A stretch of 64,000 nt of DNA from an uncultured Candidatus Rokubacteria bacterium (GCA_963805625.1 CAWDVE010000019.1:352001-416000); one strand, 5' to 3'. Positions 30,005-40,524 are shown, numbered from the stretch's first letter. Notes: generated by a model not told the origin, from the letters alone. Made by a program: numbers and translations.

Positions 30005-31435
30005 TCAGTCGGCGCCGCGTACCTCGAGCGCTTCGATCTCGGCTTTGAGCGACCGTTGGAGGGCAAGGAGGCGATCGCTGTAGGCCACCGGGTACGCGGC
30101 GGGGTCTCTGAGCCGCCGCACCGCGTCAGGGAGCGCGCGGAGCTGAGCCGCACAGTAGTCGCGGATCGCCGTCAGGGCGGGAAGCGGCGTCGTGACTGCT
30201 CCCGAGGTCATCACCGTGTCGAGAAGAGGCTCGGCGCCGGCGGGCGGGTCTTCCTCCCGTAGGGCCAGCCGATCGCTCGCGAAGCGGCCGTCGGCCCCGC
30301 GTGTGCGGTAGACTTGCTTCTCGCCGGTCCACGTTTCCTTCCCCGTGCTGAACTTGAGCACGTTCCGGCCGGCGTAGCGCACGAGCTTGTAGGCCATGTC
30401 CAAATAGGGGGCGTCGGCGGAGACATCCATGCGCGTCCCGACCCCGAAGGCGTCGATGGGCGCCCCGGCGGTGAGGAGCTCGTCGATGACGTGCTCGTCG
30501 AGGCCGCCGCTGACGAAGATACGCACGTAGCCGAGCCCGGCCCCATCGAGGATTCGTCGCACCTCCTGGCTGAGGGTCAGAATGTCGCCGCTGTCCAGTC
30601 GCACGCCGGCCAGCCGGTGCCCCCGAGCCTCCATCTCCTTTCCCACCTGGACCGCCTTGTGGGCGCCGGTGACGGTGTCGTACGTGTCGATGAGAAGGGT
30701 CGTGTTCTCCGGAAAGGCGCGCGCGAACGCGCGGAACGCGTCGATCTCGCGGGGGAAGGCCACCACGTACGAGTGCGCCATCGTCCCGGTGGCCGGGATA
30801 CCGTAGGAGCGCTCCGCGAGCACGTTGCTGCTCATGGTGGCGCCCGCCAGGAATGTGCACCGCGCGGCCTTCATGCCGGCATCGACTCCGGGAGTGCGCC
30901 GGAGGCCGAACTCGACAATCGCGCGCCCGCGTCCCGCGATGACGGAGCGGGCCGCCTTGGTGGTGAGGACCGTCTGGAAGTGACAGGCGTTCATGACCGC
31001 CGTCTCGACGAGCTGGGCTTCGATGATGGGCGCGGTGATCTCCAGGAGCGGCTCATCGGGAAAGACGACCGTCCCTTCGGGCACGGCTCGCACGTCGCCC
31101 GTGAACCGGAGGTCGGCGAGGAAGCCGAGGAAGCGATCGTCGAACCGGCGCGTCCCTGCGAGGTGCGCGAGCGCGTCGTCGGAGAAGCGGAAGCTCTGGA
31201 GGTAGCCCAGCACATCCTCGAGCCCCGTGGCGATGAGGAACGACCGATTCTTCGGGAGCTTCCGCACGAAGAGACTGAACGTGGCGGGGTCGTGCATCCC
31301 TTCCCGGAAATACGACGCGGCCATGGTGAGCTCGTAGAGATCGGTGAAGAGGGCGGCGTCTCGGGTGGTGACCGGTCCCGAGACAAACGCTCCCCGGAGC
31401 GATGGGGCGATTGGCGATTCCAGCGACGCGCTCAT
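30005..31435 (-). CDS. pncB: Nicotinate phosphoribosyltransferase
   Basis: LFTDLYELTM, EFGLRR, GTMAHS, LIDTYD, VRLDSGD. Confidence 0.94.
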   Translation of the reverse strand: MSASLESPIAPSLRGAFVSGPVTTRDAALFTDLYELTMAASYFREGMHDPATFSLFVRKLPKNRSFLIATGLEDVLGYLQSFRFSDDALAHLAGTRRFDDRFLGFLADLRFTGDVRAVPEGTVVFPDEPLLEITAPIIEAQLVETAVMNACHFQTVLTTKAARSVIAGRGRAIVEFGLRRTPGVDAGMKAARCTFLAGATMSSNVLAERSYGIPATGTMAHSYVVAFPREIDAFRAFARAFPENTTLLIDTYDTVTGAHKAVQVGKEMEARGHRLAGVRLDSGDILTLSQEVRRILDGAGLGYVRIFVSGGLDEHVIDELLTAGAPIDAFGVGTRMDVSADAPYLDMAYKLVRYAGRNVLKFSTGKETWTGEKQVYRTRGADGRFASDRLALREEDPPAGAEPLLDTVMTSGAVTTPLPALTAIRDYCAAQLRALPDAVRRLRDPAAYPVAYSDRLLALQRSLKAEIEALEVRGAD

Positions 31436-31995
31436 GGAGCCCGGAGCGCCCATCGGTACGGAGGCGACAGGACTCCCTCTTCGAGGACCTCGGCGAACAC
31501 TCGGATGACGTCGGCCTCGGTGAGGATCCCGACGAGCCGCTCGTTCTTCACGACCGGGAGCGCGCCGATCTTCCGGTGGTGCAGGAGCCGGGCCGCGTCG
31601 CGGATCTCGGTCTCCGGCCGAACCGTGAACACCGTCCACGTCATGATGTCCCGGACGGTGAGACCCTCCAGCGCGTCGGCCAGCCTCCCGCCGAGTCGTT
31701 CCTGGAGTCGTGGGTCGAGAATGACCTGCCGGAGGTCCCGGTCGGTCACGATGCCGACAAGGCGTTGGCTGGCGTCCACGACGGGCAGGTGACGGATCCT
31801 CGCGGCTCTCATCAACCGCACGGCGTCGGTGACCTTCGCCGTCGGACGGACCGTTGAGGGGGCGGGGGTCATCCGATCCCCGACGCGGATGGACTCGGGC
31901 CAGTTCATAGGCTCGAACTCCTGGGCCTCGCGCCGGGCATGCCTCGGTTTCCGTGTTCGGATGTTGCGCCTGATCGATCGCTTTGGATGCCGCAT
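31432..31995 (-). CDS. CBS-pair domain protein (alternative start 31908)
   Basis: RHLPVVD..GIVTDRDLR; KIGALPVV; RBS AGGAGG before ATG 31995. Confidence 0.88.
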   Translation of the reverse strand: MRHPKRSIRRNIRTRKPRHARREAQEFEPMNWPESIRVGDRMTPAPSTVRPTAKVTDAVRLMRAARIRHLPVVDASQRLVGIVTDRDLRQVILDPRLQERLGGRLADALEGLTVRDIMTWTVFTVRPETEIRDAARLLHHRKIGALPVVKNERLVGILTEADVIRVFAEVLEEGVLSPPYRWALRAP

Positions 31996-32051
31996 CGCCG
32001 AACCTCCTAAAGGGCAGTAGCCGGTTCGCCGGCACCGCTGTCCTGAGCACT

Positions 32052-32067
32052 CGCAACCGGCGTGCCG
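32052..32067 (-). promoter_or_regulatory. Putative sigma54 promoter of cbs-pncB
   Basis: CGGCACGCCGGTTGCG. Confidence 0.65.
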
Positions 32068-32129
32068 GGGGGAGCGGGCTGGAACGGTTCGTCCCGGGCG
32101 ATCCAGCCCTCGCCTGAGAACAGCCTTGG

Positions 32130-32166
32130 TGTCCCGCTCGTGTCCCACTGCGGCAACGTCTCCCCA
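32130..32166. promoter_or_regulatory. Candidate tandem activator site
   Basis: TGTCC-CGCTCGTG-TCCCA-C-TGCGG-CAACGTCT-CCCCA. Confidence 0.6.
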
Positions 32167-32292
32167 ACCGGAGGCGCCCTGGATGTGTGCCCGTTCCTGA
32201 CCCCCTGCGGGGTCATGGCCGTCCGGTGCGCGGAGACGTGGCCGCTCGTTCGCGCCTCCTGCAAGCCGGAATCGCAGGCGCTGGCGCCAGCT

Positions 32293-32308
32293 AGGCACAC
32301 CGGTCGCA
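32293..32308 (+). promoter_or_regulatory. Possible sigma54 promoter of rtcA
   Basis: AGGCACACCGGTCGCA. Confidence 0.45.
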
Positions 32309-32434
32309 TCGTCCCCTCAGGGGTTGTGGCGGCTGGGCGAGCGCGTCGTGGGCGAGGGTAGGGGCGGAAGGAAAGACCGAGATGGCGGCGAGGCGATCAG
32401 CAGGATCCCGGATAGGGGCCAGACAGGCGCTCCG

Positions 32435-33466
32435 GTGTTGACGCTCGACGGGAGCCACGGCGAGGGCGGGGGGCAGATTCTCCGAATGGCCCTCTCGCTC
32501 GCGGTGCTGCATGGGCGATCCGTGACTCTGACAAGGATCCGAGCGGCTCGGCCGAAGCCGGGGCTCCGGCCCCAGCATCTGACGGTGGTCCGGGCGTTGG
32601 CCGCGATCAGCGACGCCGACGTGGTGGGTGATGAGCTCGGGTCCACCGAGCTCCGGTTCAACCCTCGCGCACTGCGCGGGGGAGACTACCGCTTCGACAT
32701 CGGCGCCATCCAGGGCAGCGCCGGATCCGTCACGTTGCTGTTCCAGGCCCTGCTCCTCCCTCTGTCCTTTGCGCCCGGGCCCTCGCGCCTCAGCTTGGTC
32801 GGGGGGACCCATGTGTCGGGGAGCCCGCCTGTCCAATATCTCACCGACGTGTATCTCCCGGCGCTCGGGCGGATCGGCGTGCGGGCCGAGGTGCGGCTGC
32901 GTCGCTGGGGCTGGTATCCGGCGGGAGGCGGGGAGATCGAGACGACCGTGCAGCCCACGCAGGGCCTCCTGAGTTTCGTTCTCGAAGGGCCGCCAGACTT
33001 CGGCTCGGTCCGCGGCCTCTCCGCCGTGTCGCGGCTTCCGAGATCGATCGCCGAACGCCAGCGCCGCCGCGCCGTCGAGCGACTCGCGGCCGCAGGGGTG
33101 TCGGCGGAGATCACGGTCGAGGAAGACGCCACCGCGGTCGGACCAGGCACCCTGCTCTTCCTCGCGGTGGCGGGCCGGGCCGGCTTCACGGCGCTCGGGC
33201 GCCGGGGCGTCCCGGCGGAGCGCGTAGCGGACGAGGCGGTCGACGGGCTGCTCGGCTTCCGGACGAGCGGCGCCGGCGTCGACGAGCACCTCGCCGACCA
33301 GATCGTGCCCTTCTTGGCGCTATCCCGGGAAGAGTCCGACCTGACAAGCCCGACCCCGTCATCCCATCTCCGCACCGTCATCTGGGTTGTCCAGCAGTTC
33401 GTCCAGGCGCGAATCACGCTGGACGAGGGACCGGTGGCGCGCGTCCGCGTTGCGCCGGCGGGCTGA
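32435..33466 (+). CDS. rtcA: RNA 3'-terminal phosphate cyclase
   Basis: LDGSHGEGGGQILR, IRAARPKPGLRPQHL, GWYPAGGG, DEHLADQ. Confidence 0.95.
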   Translation: MLTLDGSHGEGGGQILRMALSLAVLHGRSVTLTRIRAARPKPGLRPQHLTVVRALAAISDADVVGDELGSTELRFNPRALRGGDYRFDIGAIQGSAGSVTLLFQALLLPLSFAPGPSRLSLVGGTHVSGSPPVQYLTDVYLPALGRIGVRAEVRLRRWGWYPAGGGEIETTVQPTQGLLSFVLEGPPDFGSVRGLSAVSRLPRSIAERQRRRAVERLAAAGVSAEITVEEDATAVGPGTLLFLAVAGRAGFTALGRRGVPAERVADEAVDGLLGFRTSGAGVDEHLADQIVPFLALSREESDLTSPTPSSHLRTVIWVVQQFVQARITLDEGPVARVRVAPAG

Positions 33467-33512
33467 CCGTGGGCAGTCTATTCCGTTACGGCCCTCGCCG
33501 AGGGGTGGCGGA

Positions 33513-33528
33513 TGGCCAGGGACTTGCT
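33513..33528 (+). promoter_or_regulatory. Putative sigma54 promoter of nadE
   Basis: TGGCCAGGGACTTGCT. Confidence 0.55.
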
Positions 33529-33647
33529 ATCCTCGCCGCGAGGATCCCCATGCGAAGGATTTCGAGACCCGGGCTGCGCGCACGCGGCGCCGGCGCCGCG
33601 CGCTTCCCAGATGAGCACGCCAATGTGGCCGCGACCTCCAGACAGCC

Positions 33648-35714
33648 ATGAACCCCGGTGAGAGCTTCTTCAACCTCTACAGCCACGACCTCGTCCGTGT
33701 CGCCGTGGCGACACCCGAGGTGCGTGTGGCGGACGCGGCGTTCAACGGCCGCCAGACGATCGAGGGAATGCGCCGCGCGGCCCGGCGTCAGGCGATCCTC
33801 GCGCTCTTTCCGGAGCTCGGGCTGTCGGGGTATTCCTGCGAGGATCTCTTCCAGCAGCGGGCGCTGCTCGACGGCTGTCTCGACGCGCTCCGGGAGGTTG
33901 TGGCCGCCTCGGAGGCCTTCTCGCTTGCCGCCGTGGTCGGCATGCCGATCGAGGTCGACCACCTGCTCTACAACTGCGCGGTCGTGATCAGTCAGGGCCG
34001 CGTGCTTGGGGTGATCCCGAAGACGTACCTGCCGAATTACCGGGAATTCTACGAGCGACGCCAGTTCACGCCCGGAGACACGACAGCCCGGGAGACGATC
34101 GACTTGGGCGACCAACGCGGCATCCCGTTTGGCAGCCGGCTTCTCTTCCGGATGGCGGCCCAGCCCCGACTCGTGTTCCACGTCGAGATCTGCGAGGACC
34201 TGTGGGTGCCGGTCCCGCCCTCCTCGGTGGCCGCGCTCGCCGGCGCGACGGTCCTGCTCAACCTCTCGGCCTCCGACGTCACGATCGGCAAGGCCGACTA
34301 CCGACGTCTGCTCGTCGAGAGCCAGTCGGCCCGCTGTCTGGCCGCGTACCTCTACGCGGCGGCCGGGTTCGGCGAATCGACCACGGACCTTGCCTGGGAC
34401 GGCCACGCCCTCATCTGCGAGAACGGCACTCGGCTCGCCGAATCCGAGCGCTTCCGCTACGAGGACCAGCTCACGTGCGGCGACGTCGACCTCGAGCGCC
34501 TCACGCAGGACCGCCTGCGGCAGACCAGCTTCGGCGACGCGGTCCAGCGCCACCAGGCCGAGCTCGGCCGGTTCCGCACGATCGATGTGCCGCTGGAGCT
34601 GCCGCGCCTCGGCCGATTGCTCCCTGAGCGCCGGTACGAGCGATTCCCCTACGTGCCGTTCGATCCCGCGCGGCGGAGCGAGCGCTGCGCCGAGGTGTAT
34701 CAGATCCAGGTCCAGGGTCTGGTGAAGCGCCTCCGGGCGACGGGAATCCAGCGCGTGGCCATCGGCGTCTCGGGCGGGCTCGACTCCACGCAGGCATTGC
34801 TGGTTTGCGCGCAGGCCATGGATATCCTCGGGTACCCGCGCACCTACATTCTCGGCTACACGATGCCCGGCTTCGCCACCAGCGCCCGCACGCTCGCGCA
34901 AGCCCACGACCTCATGCGCGTGGTGGGCTGTGCGGCCCACGAGCTCGATATTCGCCCGAGCTGTCGCCAGATGCTCCGCGACATCGGGCACCCGCACAGC
35001 GAGAGCCGTCCCGTCTACGACGTGACCTTTGAAAACGTGCAAGCGGGCGAGCGGACCAGCCACCTCTTTCGGCTGGCGAACCTCCACGACGCGCTCGTGG
35101 TCGGGACCAGCGACCTGAGCGAGCTGGCGCTCGGCTGGTGCACCTACGGCGTCGGTGACCACATGGCGCACTACGGCGTCAACGCGAGCGTCCCGAAGAC
35201 GCTGATCCAGCATGTGATCCGCTGGGTCGCGGACACGGAGCGGCTCGGGCCGGAGGCGAGCGCCGTGCTGCGGCGCGTGCTCGCCACCGAGATCAGCCCC
35301 GAACTCGTGCCCGAGGACGGGGAGGGGACGGAACCGTCCCGGGGGACCGAGGCCGTCATCGGACCGTACGAGTTACAGGACTTCAGCCTCTACTACACGC
35401 TGCGGTTCGGCTACGCCCCACCCAAAGTGGCGTTCCTCTCCTACTGCGCCTGGCACGATCCGGAGGTGGACGCGTGGCCGGACGTCCCCCCTGATAAGCG
35501 GCATCGTTACGAGATCGGCCAGATCAAGGCCAATCTCCGAATCTTCCTCGATCGCTTCTTCCGGTTGAGCCAGTTCAAGCGCAGCGCGATGCCGAACGCG
35601 CCGAAGGTGGGCTCCGGCGGCTCGCTCTCACCGCGCGGCGACTACCGCGCCCCGAGCGACGCTGCGTCGACGGCCTGGCTCCACGCCCTCGATCTGGTCC
35701 CCGATACCGAGTAA
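33648..35714 (+). CDS. nadE: Glutamine-dependent NAD+ synthetase
   Basis: [39 protein letters not shown]. Confidence 0.96.
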   Translation: MNPGESFFNLYSHDLVRVAVATPEVRVADAAFNGRQTIEGMRRAARRQAILALFPELGLSGYSCEDLFQQRALLDGCLDALREVVAASEAFSLAAVVGMPIEVDHLLYNCAVVISQGRVLGVIPKTYLPNYREFYERRQFTPGDTTARETIDLGDQRGIPFGSRLLFRMAAQPRLVFHVEICEDLWVPVPPSSVAALAGATVLLNLSASDVTIGKADYRRLLVESQSARCLAAYLYAAAGFGESTTDLAWDGHALICENGTRLAESERFRYEDQLTCGDVDLERLTQDRLRQTSFGDAVQRHQAELGRFRTIDVPLELPRLGRLLPERRYERFPYVPFDPARRSERCAEVYQIQVQGLVKRLRATGIQRVAIGVSGGLDSTQALLVCAQAMDILGYPRTYILGYTMPGFATSARTLAQAHDLMRVVGCAAHELDIRPSCRQMLRDIGHPHSESRPVYDVTFENVQAGERTSHLFRLANLHDALVVGTSDLSELALGWCTYGVGDHMAHYGVNASVPKTLIQHVIRWVADTERLGPEASAVLRRVLATEISPELVPEDGEGTEPSRGTEAVIGPYELQDFSLYYTLRFGYAPPKVAFLSYCAWHDPEVDAWPDVPPDKRHRYEIGQIKANLRIFLDRFFRLSQFKRSAMPNAPKVGSGGSLSPRGDYRAPSDAASTAWLHALDLVPDTE

Positions 35715-35783
35715 CGTCCGGCGTCCTCGGAGAAGGCAACGGGACCGGCCGGACACGCCTCGCCGCCGCGCGTCACACCCCGA

Positions 35784-36176
35784 TCACGACGCGGCGGTCC
35801 ACAGCGTCTTGAGATCGCGCGGCAGCTGCGCCAGCACGTCGTCGGCTTCGCCAGGAGAGAGCTGGGTCTTGAGCGCCGCGAACACCGCTTCGGTGAGCCG
35901 GCGCGCCGCGTCGCCGGAGAGGAGCCCGGCCTCGTGCTTGACGCGCTGGAGGAATTCATCACGTCGAATCTTGAGCGGCCGACGGCGGGGCTGATCGCCG
36001 AGGACCCACACCTCCTTGAGCGGTCGGGGAAGCTGGGCGGCGACCTGCTCGGCCTCCTCCCGCGTCAGCCGGTCCCGAAGTGCCCGGAGCACTACCGCGG
36101 TCACCCGCTTCGATTCCTGGATCCCCAGCCCGTTCACCCGCTCCCGCACCATCCGATGGAAGGCCCGCGTGTCCAT
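35784..36176 (-). CDS. DUF2267 domain protein
   Basis: AVVLRALRDRLT.EEA..VAAQLP; repeated AVF.AL...LS.GE...VLAQLP. Confidence 0.82.
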   Translation of the reverse strand: MDTRAFHRMVRERVNGLGIQESKRVTAVVLRALRDRLTREEAEQVAAQLPRPLKEVWVLGDQPRRRPLKIRRDEFLQRVKHEAGLLSGDAARRLTEAVFAALKTQLSPGEADDVLAQLPRDLKTLWTAAS

Positions 36177-36185
36177 CGCGGCGCC

Positions 36186-36629
36186 CTAGTCCGGGATCGA
36201 GCCTGGATGGTAGAGCAGCACCGGCACGCGAGCCCGGCGGAACACTTGCTCGGCCACGCTTCCCATGACCATGCGCTTCAGGCCGCTTTTCCCGGCGGTC
36301 GCGACGGCCAGGAGGTCCGCACCGCACGCCTCCGCCTCACGCAGGATCTCATCGGCGTCGTCTCCGAAGCGGACCACGCATTCCGCGGGGAGGCCGAGAC
36401 GTGTTGCGACTCCCTTCAGATGGTCCAAGCCTTCTGCCTCGAGCCGCTCCATCTCCTGGTCGGCATAGGCGATGGTGCGGCCCTCCGTGCTCACGAGATT
36501 TCCGGGGACCGGAGCCACGTGGAGGAGGCGCACTGTCGCTCCCGCGCCGCGGGCAAGGTCGGCAACGAGGGGGACGACCGCCTCCGCGAGTTCCGATCGA
36601 TCGAGGGGGACCAGGATTCTCTTGGCCAT
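36186..36629 (-). CDS. Universal stress protein
   Basis: MAKRILVPLDRS; GKSGLKRMVMGSVAEQV. Confidence 0.9.
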   Translation of the reverse strand: MAKRILVPLDRSELAEAVVPLVADLARGAGATVRLLHVAPVPGNLVSTEGRTIAYADQEMERLEAEGLDHLKGVATRLGLPAECVVRFGDDADEILREAEACGADLLAVATAGKSGLKRMVMGSVAEQVFRRARVPVLLYHPGSIPD

Positions 36630-36711
36630 GGCTACCTCCACCCCGCGCACCGCGGGATTTTCGGGTTCCGACGCCGGACTCGCGCAACCTGTGGAACAGG
36701 CCAGCGATACG

Positions 36712-37212
36712 TCATCGCGGCCCCCCGGACGGGCGTGGCGCCACCATCCCCTCGTGGATCGCGAACCGGCCGATCCGCGTGGAGGCCAGCCGCAGATATT
36801 CGGCGGCGCGCATCCGGATCGCGGTATGAAGGTCGCCCGCCGGCGTCGTGATGTCACGGCGCAGGACGATGCTCTCGTCGACGAACGTCGGCATGCCGAA
36901 GAGCTGGCCGAACGGCGGAACCCCACCAGGCTCACAGGTGGGTGCGATCCGATGGATCTCCTCCACGCTGGCCAGCTCGATCTCGCCCTTGCCGATCAGG
37001 CCCCGCAGGCGGCCGATGTCGATGAGGCAGCAGGCGGGGAGCACGGCCATGGCATAGCCGTCCTCTTTCTTGACCACGACGCTCTTGGCCCAGGTCCAGC
37101 CCGAGACGTGCGCGGTGGATGCCTGTTCCTGGGCGGTGAACGCCCCGGGATGGGATACCACCTCGTACTTTGCTAGCCGCGCGGCCAGGAACTCTTCGAG
37201 TAGTTGGTTCAT
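36712..37212 (-). CDS. YbaK/EbsC family aminoacyl-tRNA deacylase
   Basis: YEVVSH..AFTAQE; AKSVV; CEPGGVPPFG. Confidence 0.85.
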   Translation of the reverse strand: MNQLLEEFLAARLAKYEVVSHPGAFTAQEQASTAHVSGWTWAKSVVVKKEDGYAMAVLPACCLIDIGRLRGLIGKGEIELASVEEIHRIAPTCEPGGVPPFGQLFGMPTFVDESIVLRRDITTPAGDLHTAIRMRAAEYLRLASTRIGRFAIHEGMVAPRPSGGPR

Positions 37213-37254
37213 TTCGCCTTCGTCCAGGCTCCCTGGGGTCCGTCCGTGCTGGGC

Positions 37255-38466
37255 CTAGCAGACCGGGTACTGGCCGCCGATCAGCTCGCTCCGGAAGACC
37301 GGCATCCGGACCAGCTCGGCATCGACGATGTCCCGCACGCGACGTTCGATGTCCGCGAGGGCAACGCCGGCGGCCAGCACCAGCTGCACGCCCGTCCACG
37401 GCCGGTCGACCGGCTCCCCGATGCGCGTCGCGAGGTGCACGTACACTTCCCGGAGCCCGGGGCACCGCGCGTGGATCTCGCGCGCCAACCGGTGGCTGAG
37501 GACGCTGTAGAGTTTGCCCGGATGCCCCACGGGATTCTTCCCAGGGGCCGCCTCGCTCCCGGCGGGCCGAGCGAAGGCGATGAGGCCATTGACGCGGTTG
37601 CCGCGCCCGACCTGACCCGAGTCGGCGTCCTCCGCCGACGTGCCGGTCAGCGTCAAGTACGTTCCGTCCGCTCCCCGGCCAGGCCGGTCCAGACTGTTGA
37701 GGCTCCAGGAGAGCTCGAGCGGCGCGGCGCGGAACCGCTCGACAAGGGCTTCCAGCACCGCCTCCTTCCGGGCGAAATATGCCGCCTCCGACGCGACAGC
37801 GTCGCAGCGGAAGGGCATCGCCACGGTCAGTGACACATGGCCGTCCCGGCGGAGACCAAACACCTTGACGTCTTCGCCGGTGTCAGGAAACGCGACCTTG
37901 AATTCGGGGCCGTTCAGATAGCGCTCGACCGCGAGGACCAGTTCCTCCGTCGGGGTGAGCGGCGCGTATCCGGATGCGGCTGACGTGTCGTTGGCCTCGA
38001 GCTCACGCTCATCGCCCACGTAGATCGCCCGGAGCTCGGCCGAGGCGGGGGCCAGCACGGTGCGGATTCGGAGGTGCTCCTTCGACCGGAGATGTGGCAG
38101 GTGACGTCCGACCCAGGTCTCGACCGCGGACCGCACCGTGTCCTCGACGGGGAGTGTTGTAGCCGGCCGGTCGCCGAGCGCCAGCGTTGCGCGGTCACCT
38201 ACGATGAATTCGATCGGGCGGATGATGTCCCCCCCACCGAACCCCTTGCGACACTGGCCGGCCACCAGGAAGGCCTTGTCGATGTTGTAGTGGAGAATGG
38301 CGCCCGCTCGCTCGAGATACATCCGGCCCAAGGCCTGGGAGATCACCTCAACGAGCGCATCACAGATGGTATCCGGATGGCCGATGCCCTTCCGTTCGAC
38401 CAGCTCCATTCGTCGTTCGGCGATTGGCGTCGCCGCCGGCGCCTCGATCATCAGCCGCTCTCGCAT
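37255..38466 (-). CDS. Methionine adenosyltransferase, archaeal type
   Basis: VERKGIGHPDTICD, ANDTS, GEDVKV, DSGQVGRGNRVNGLI, GKNPVGH. Confidence 0.9.
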   Translation of the reverse strand: MRERLMIEAPAATPIAERRMELVERKGIGHPDTICDALVEVISQALGRMYLERAGAILHYNIDKAFLVAGQCRKGFGGGDIIRPIEFIVGDRATLALGDRPATTLPVEDTVRSAVETWVGRHLPHLRSKEHLRIRTVLAPASAELRAIYVGDERELEANDTSAASGYAPLTPTEELVLAVERYLNGPEFKVAFPDTGEDVKVFGLRRDGHVSLTVAMPFRCDAVASEAAYFARKEAVLEALVERFRAAPLELSWSLNSLDRPGRGADGTYLTLTGTSAEDADSGQVGRGNRVNGLIAFARPAGSEAAPGKNPVGHPGKLYSVLSHRLAREIHARCPGLREVYVHLATRIGEPVDRPWTGVQLVLAAGVALADIERRVRDIVDAELVRMPVFRSELIGGQYPVC

Positions 38467-38619
38467 CGTCAGGCTCCCAAAGTGGAGAGCGGACTCACGG
38501 TGACTGGATCATCGATCTGTCCCACCTCATGCTTCTCCATCTCAGCCAGAAGCCTTCGGCCCCGCGTCGGGACGGCTGAGTCCTGTGATCCCCCCTACGG
38601 GGCGACCTGCGTGAACTCC

Positions 38620-38635
38620 TGCACGAGACCTGCCA
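38620..38635 (-). promoter_or_regulatory. Putative sigma54 promoter of the SAM synthetase operon
   Basis: TGGCAGGTCTCGTGCA. Confidence 0.5.
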
Positions 38636-38699
38636 GCGAGCGGCTCCCGGACTGGCCTGCCGTGGCATGTGGGCAGCCCTGTTCCACGCCCGCCCGTTC

Positions 38700-38715
38700 T
38701 GGCACACGGGTTGCT
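38700..38715 (+). promoter_or_regulatory. Sigma54 promoter of usp-DUF2267
   Basis: TGGCACACGGGTTGCT. Confidence 0.8.
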
Positions 38716-38785
38716 GCTCTCCTTGCCGAGAGCGCGAACCTGCAGACCGGTGCGTGCGGCGCATCGCGCCTTAGGAGGCTTGGCG

Positions 38786-39229
38786 ATGAAGAACATCCTC
38801 GTTGCGCTCGACGGGTCCGAGCCTGCTGGCCGTGCGCTGGGGTTGGCGGCCGATCTCACCGTGCGGTACGGGGCGACCTTGCACTTGGTTCACGTGACGC
38901 CTCGCCCCATGGTGGTGTCCGACGAACTGAAGGAATTCGCCCGGACCGAGCGCGTGGACCTTCCCGTCGCGGTGGAGATGTCCGGTCTCGGACAGTCCAT
39001 CATCGCGGCCGGACGAGCTATGGCCGTCCGTAAGAACGTTCACAGCGTCAAGGCCGACGTCCTGAGTGGCGACGCCGCCGAACGGCTGCTCGAGTACGCA
39101 CGAGAACAGGCGATCGATCTCATCGTCCTGGGGCGCCGGGGCGTCGGCCAGATCCGCGGCCTGTTGATGGGCAGTGTCTCGTGGAAGGTCAGCAGCTTGG
39201 CTGAGTGCGCAGTGCTGACCGTCAAGTAG
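38786..39229 (+). CDS. Universal stress protein
   Basis: MKNILVALDGS; DLIVLGRRG..GLLMGSVS; RBS AGGAGG. Confidence 0.92.
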   Translation: MKNILVALDGSEPAGRALGLAADLTVRYGATLHLVHVTPRPMVVSDELKEFARTERVDLPVAVEMSGLGQSIIAAGRAMAVRKNVHSVKADVLSGDAAERLLEYAREQAIDLIVLGRRGVGQIRGLLMGSVSWKVSSLAECAVLTVK

Positions 39230-39235
39230 GTAGCG

Positions 39236-39619
39236 ATGAAGGGAGAGATCTTCCTCGATCGCGTGCAGGAGCTGGGAGGGCTGGCGACCCGCCAGGACGC
39301 CGACCGGTGGTCGATGGCCGTCCTGGGCGTGCTGTGCGACCTGCTCGCAGACACTGAGAGCCGCCGGCACTTTCTGTCCCAGCTGCCGGGTACATTCAAG
39401 GCCCGGTTGCTCACCAAGGAGCCGGGTACGTACGACATGGACCGGGACACGCTCGTCCAGCGCGTCGCCGCAGCCCTGGGTGTGCATGCGACGGAGGGTG
39501 AACGTGCGCTTCGCGCCGTGTACCGGGTCATCAAGGAAGCCGTGTCGCCCGGCCAGCTCGCCGGGTACGAGGGCCACCTGTCGAAAGACCTGGCGGTCTT
39601 CCTGGAGCGCCAAGAATGA
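39236..39619 (+). CDS. DUF2267 domain protein
   Basis: FLDRVQE; AVLGVL..L; SQLP; AVYRVIKEAVSPG. Confidence 0.75.
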   Translation: MKGEIFLDRVQELGGLATRQDADRWSMAVLGVLCDLLADTESRRHFLSQLPGTFKARLLTKEPGTYDMDRDTLVQRVAAALGVHATEGERALRAVYRVIKEAVSPGQLAGYEGHLSKDLAVFLERQE

Positions 39620-39651
39620 CCGTTCGTGGCGGGCACAATCTGCAGGGAGAC

Positions 39652-39669
39652 TGGGGCAAGGTTGCCCCA
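39652..39669. promoter_or_regulatory. Candidate activator site (palindromic)
   Basis: TGGGG-CAAGGTTG-CCCCA followed by TC-TGGGG. Confidence 0.5.
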
Positions 39670-39767
39670 TCTGGGGCGGCCCCGGGACAGGCCTGGAGTC
39701 TTGGCCGAGGGCGGGCGTGGACCTTTGCGGACCTGACCTCCTCCTCGGGTGGGCGTGGGAGGACGGG

Positions 39768-40508
39768 ATGTCACTAGCTGATCGAGGCCCGGCAGCCGGC
39801 TCTCGGCCGCAGGTTCGCCCGGATCTGGTGGCGGCCCGGCAGGCGATGGTTGACGTGCAACTCGCCGCCCGGGATATCCGCGATCCGGCCGTGCTCAATG
39901 CTATGCGAAGCGTCCCGCGAGAGGCCTTCGTGCCCCCCGATCTCAGCGATTGCGCATACGACGACGGCCCGCTGCCGATCGGTGCGGAGCAGACGATCTC
40001 GCAGCCGTACGTCGTGGCGTTCATGATCGCGGCGGCGACGCCGAAGGCGGGTGATCGCGCGCTGGAGATCGGCACCGGCTCCGGGTATTCCGCGGCCGTG
40101 CTGGCGTCGATCGTGAAGGAGGTCTATACGGTCGAGCGCATTGCGGTGCTCGCCGAATCCGCCACGAGCCGCCTGGCTGACCTCGGCCACCAGAACGTTC
40201 ATGTGCGGTGCGGCGACGGCACGCTGGGCTGGCCGGAACATGCGCCATACGACGTCATCATCGTGACGGCCGGCGGACCCCGGGTACCGCCGGCGCTCCT
40301 CGCGCAACTCGCGGTGGGAGGTCGGCTCGTCATGCCAGTGGGTGGCGATCGGTTCTTTCAGCGGCTCGTGCGGTGCTCCCGTCAGAAGGATGGACGAGTT
40401 GTCAGAGAGACCATGGAGGCGGTGGCTTTCGTGCCGCTCATCGGGGCGGAGGGCTGGCCCGAGCCCGGGCGCGACCACCGGACCGTGGGGCGCTCGAGCT
40501 TGGCTTGA
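39768..40508 (+). CDS. pcm: Protein-L-isoaspartate O-methyltransferase (stand-alone)
   Basis: QTISQPY, LEIGTGSGY, GDGTLGWPEHAPYD, FVPLIG. Confidence 0.92.
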   Translation: MSLADRGPAAGSRPQVRPDLVAARQAMVDVQLAARDIRDPAVLNAMRSVPREAFVPPDLSDCAYDDGPLPIGAEQTISQPYVVAFMIAAATPKAGDRALEIGTGSGYSAAVLASIVKEVYTVERIAVLAESATSRLADLGHQNVHVRCGDGTLGWPEHAPYDVIIVTAGGPRVPPALLAQLAVGGRLVMPVGGDRFFQRLVRCSRQKDGRVVRETMEAVAFVPLIGAEGWPEPGRDHRTVGRSSLA

Positions 40509-40524
40509 CCGGGAGGAGACGAGC

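Noticed and set aside
33486-35213. 575-aa ORF antisense to nadE (likewise 4589-6103, 12994-15309, 19983-21737, 51898-53877)
   Set aside because: Antisense shadows of well-supported genes, with no motifs.
39713-39729. Sigma54 promoter for the stand-alone pcm
   Set aside because: GG-to-GC spacing is 11, not the required 10.
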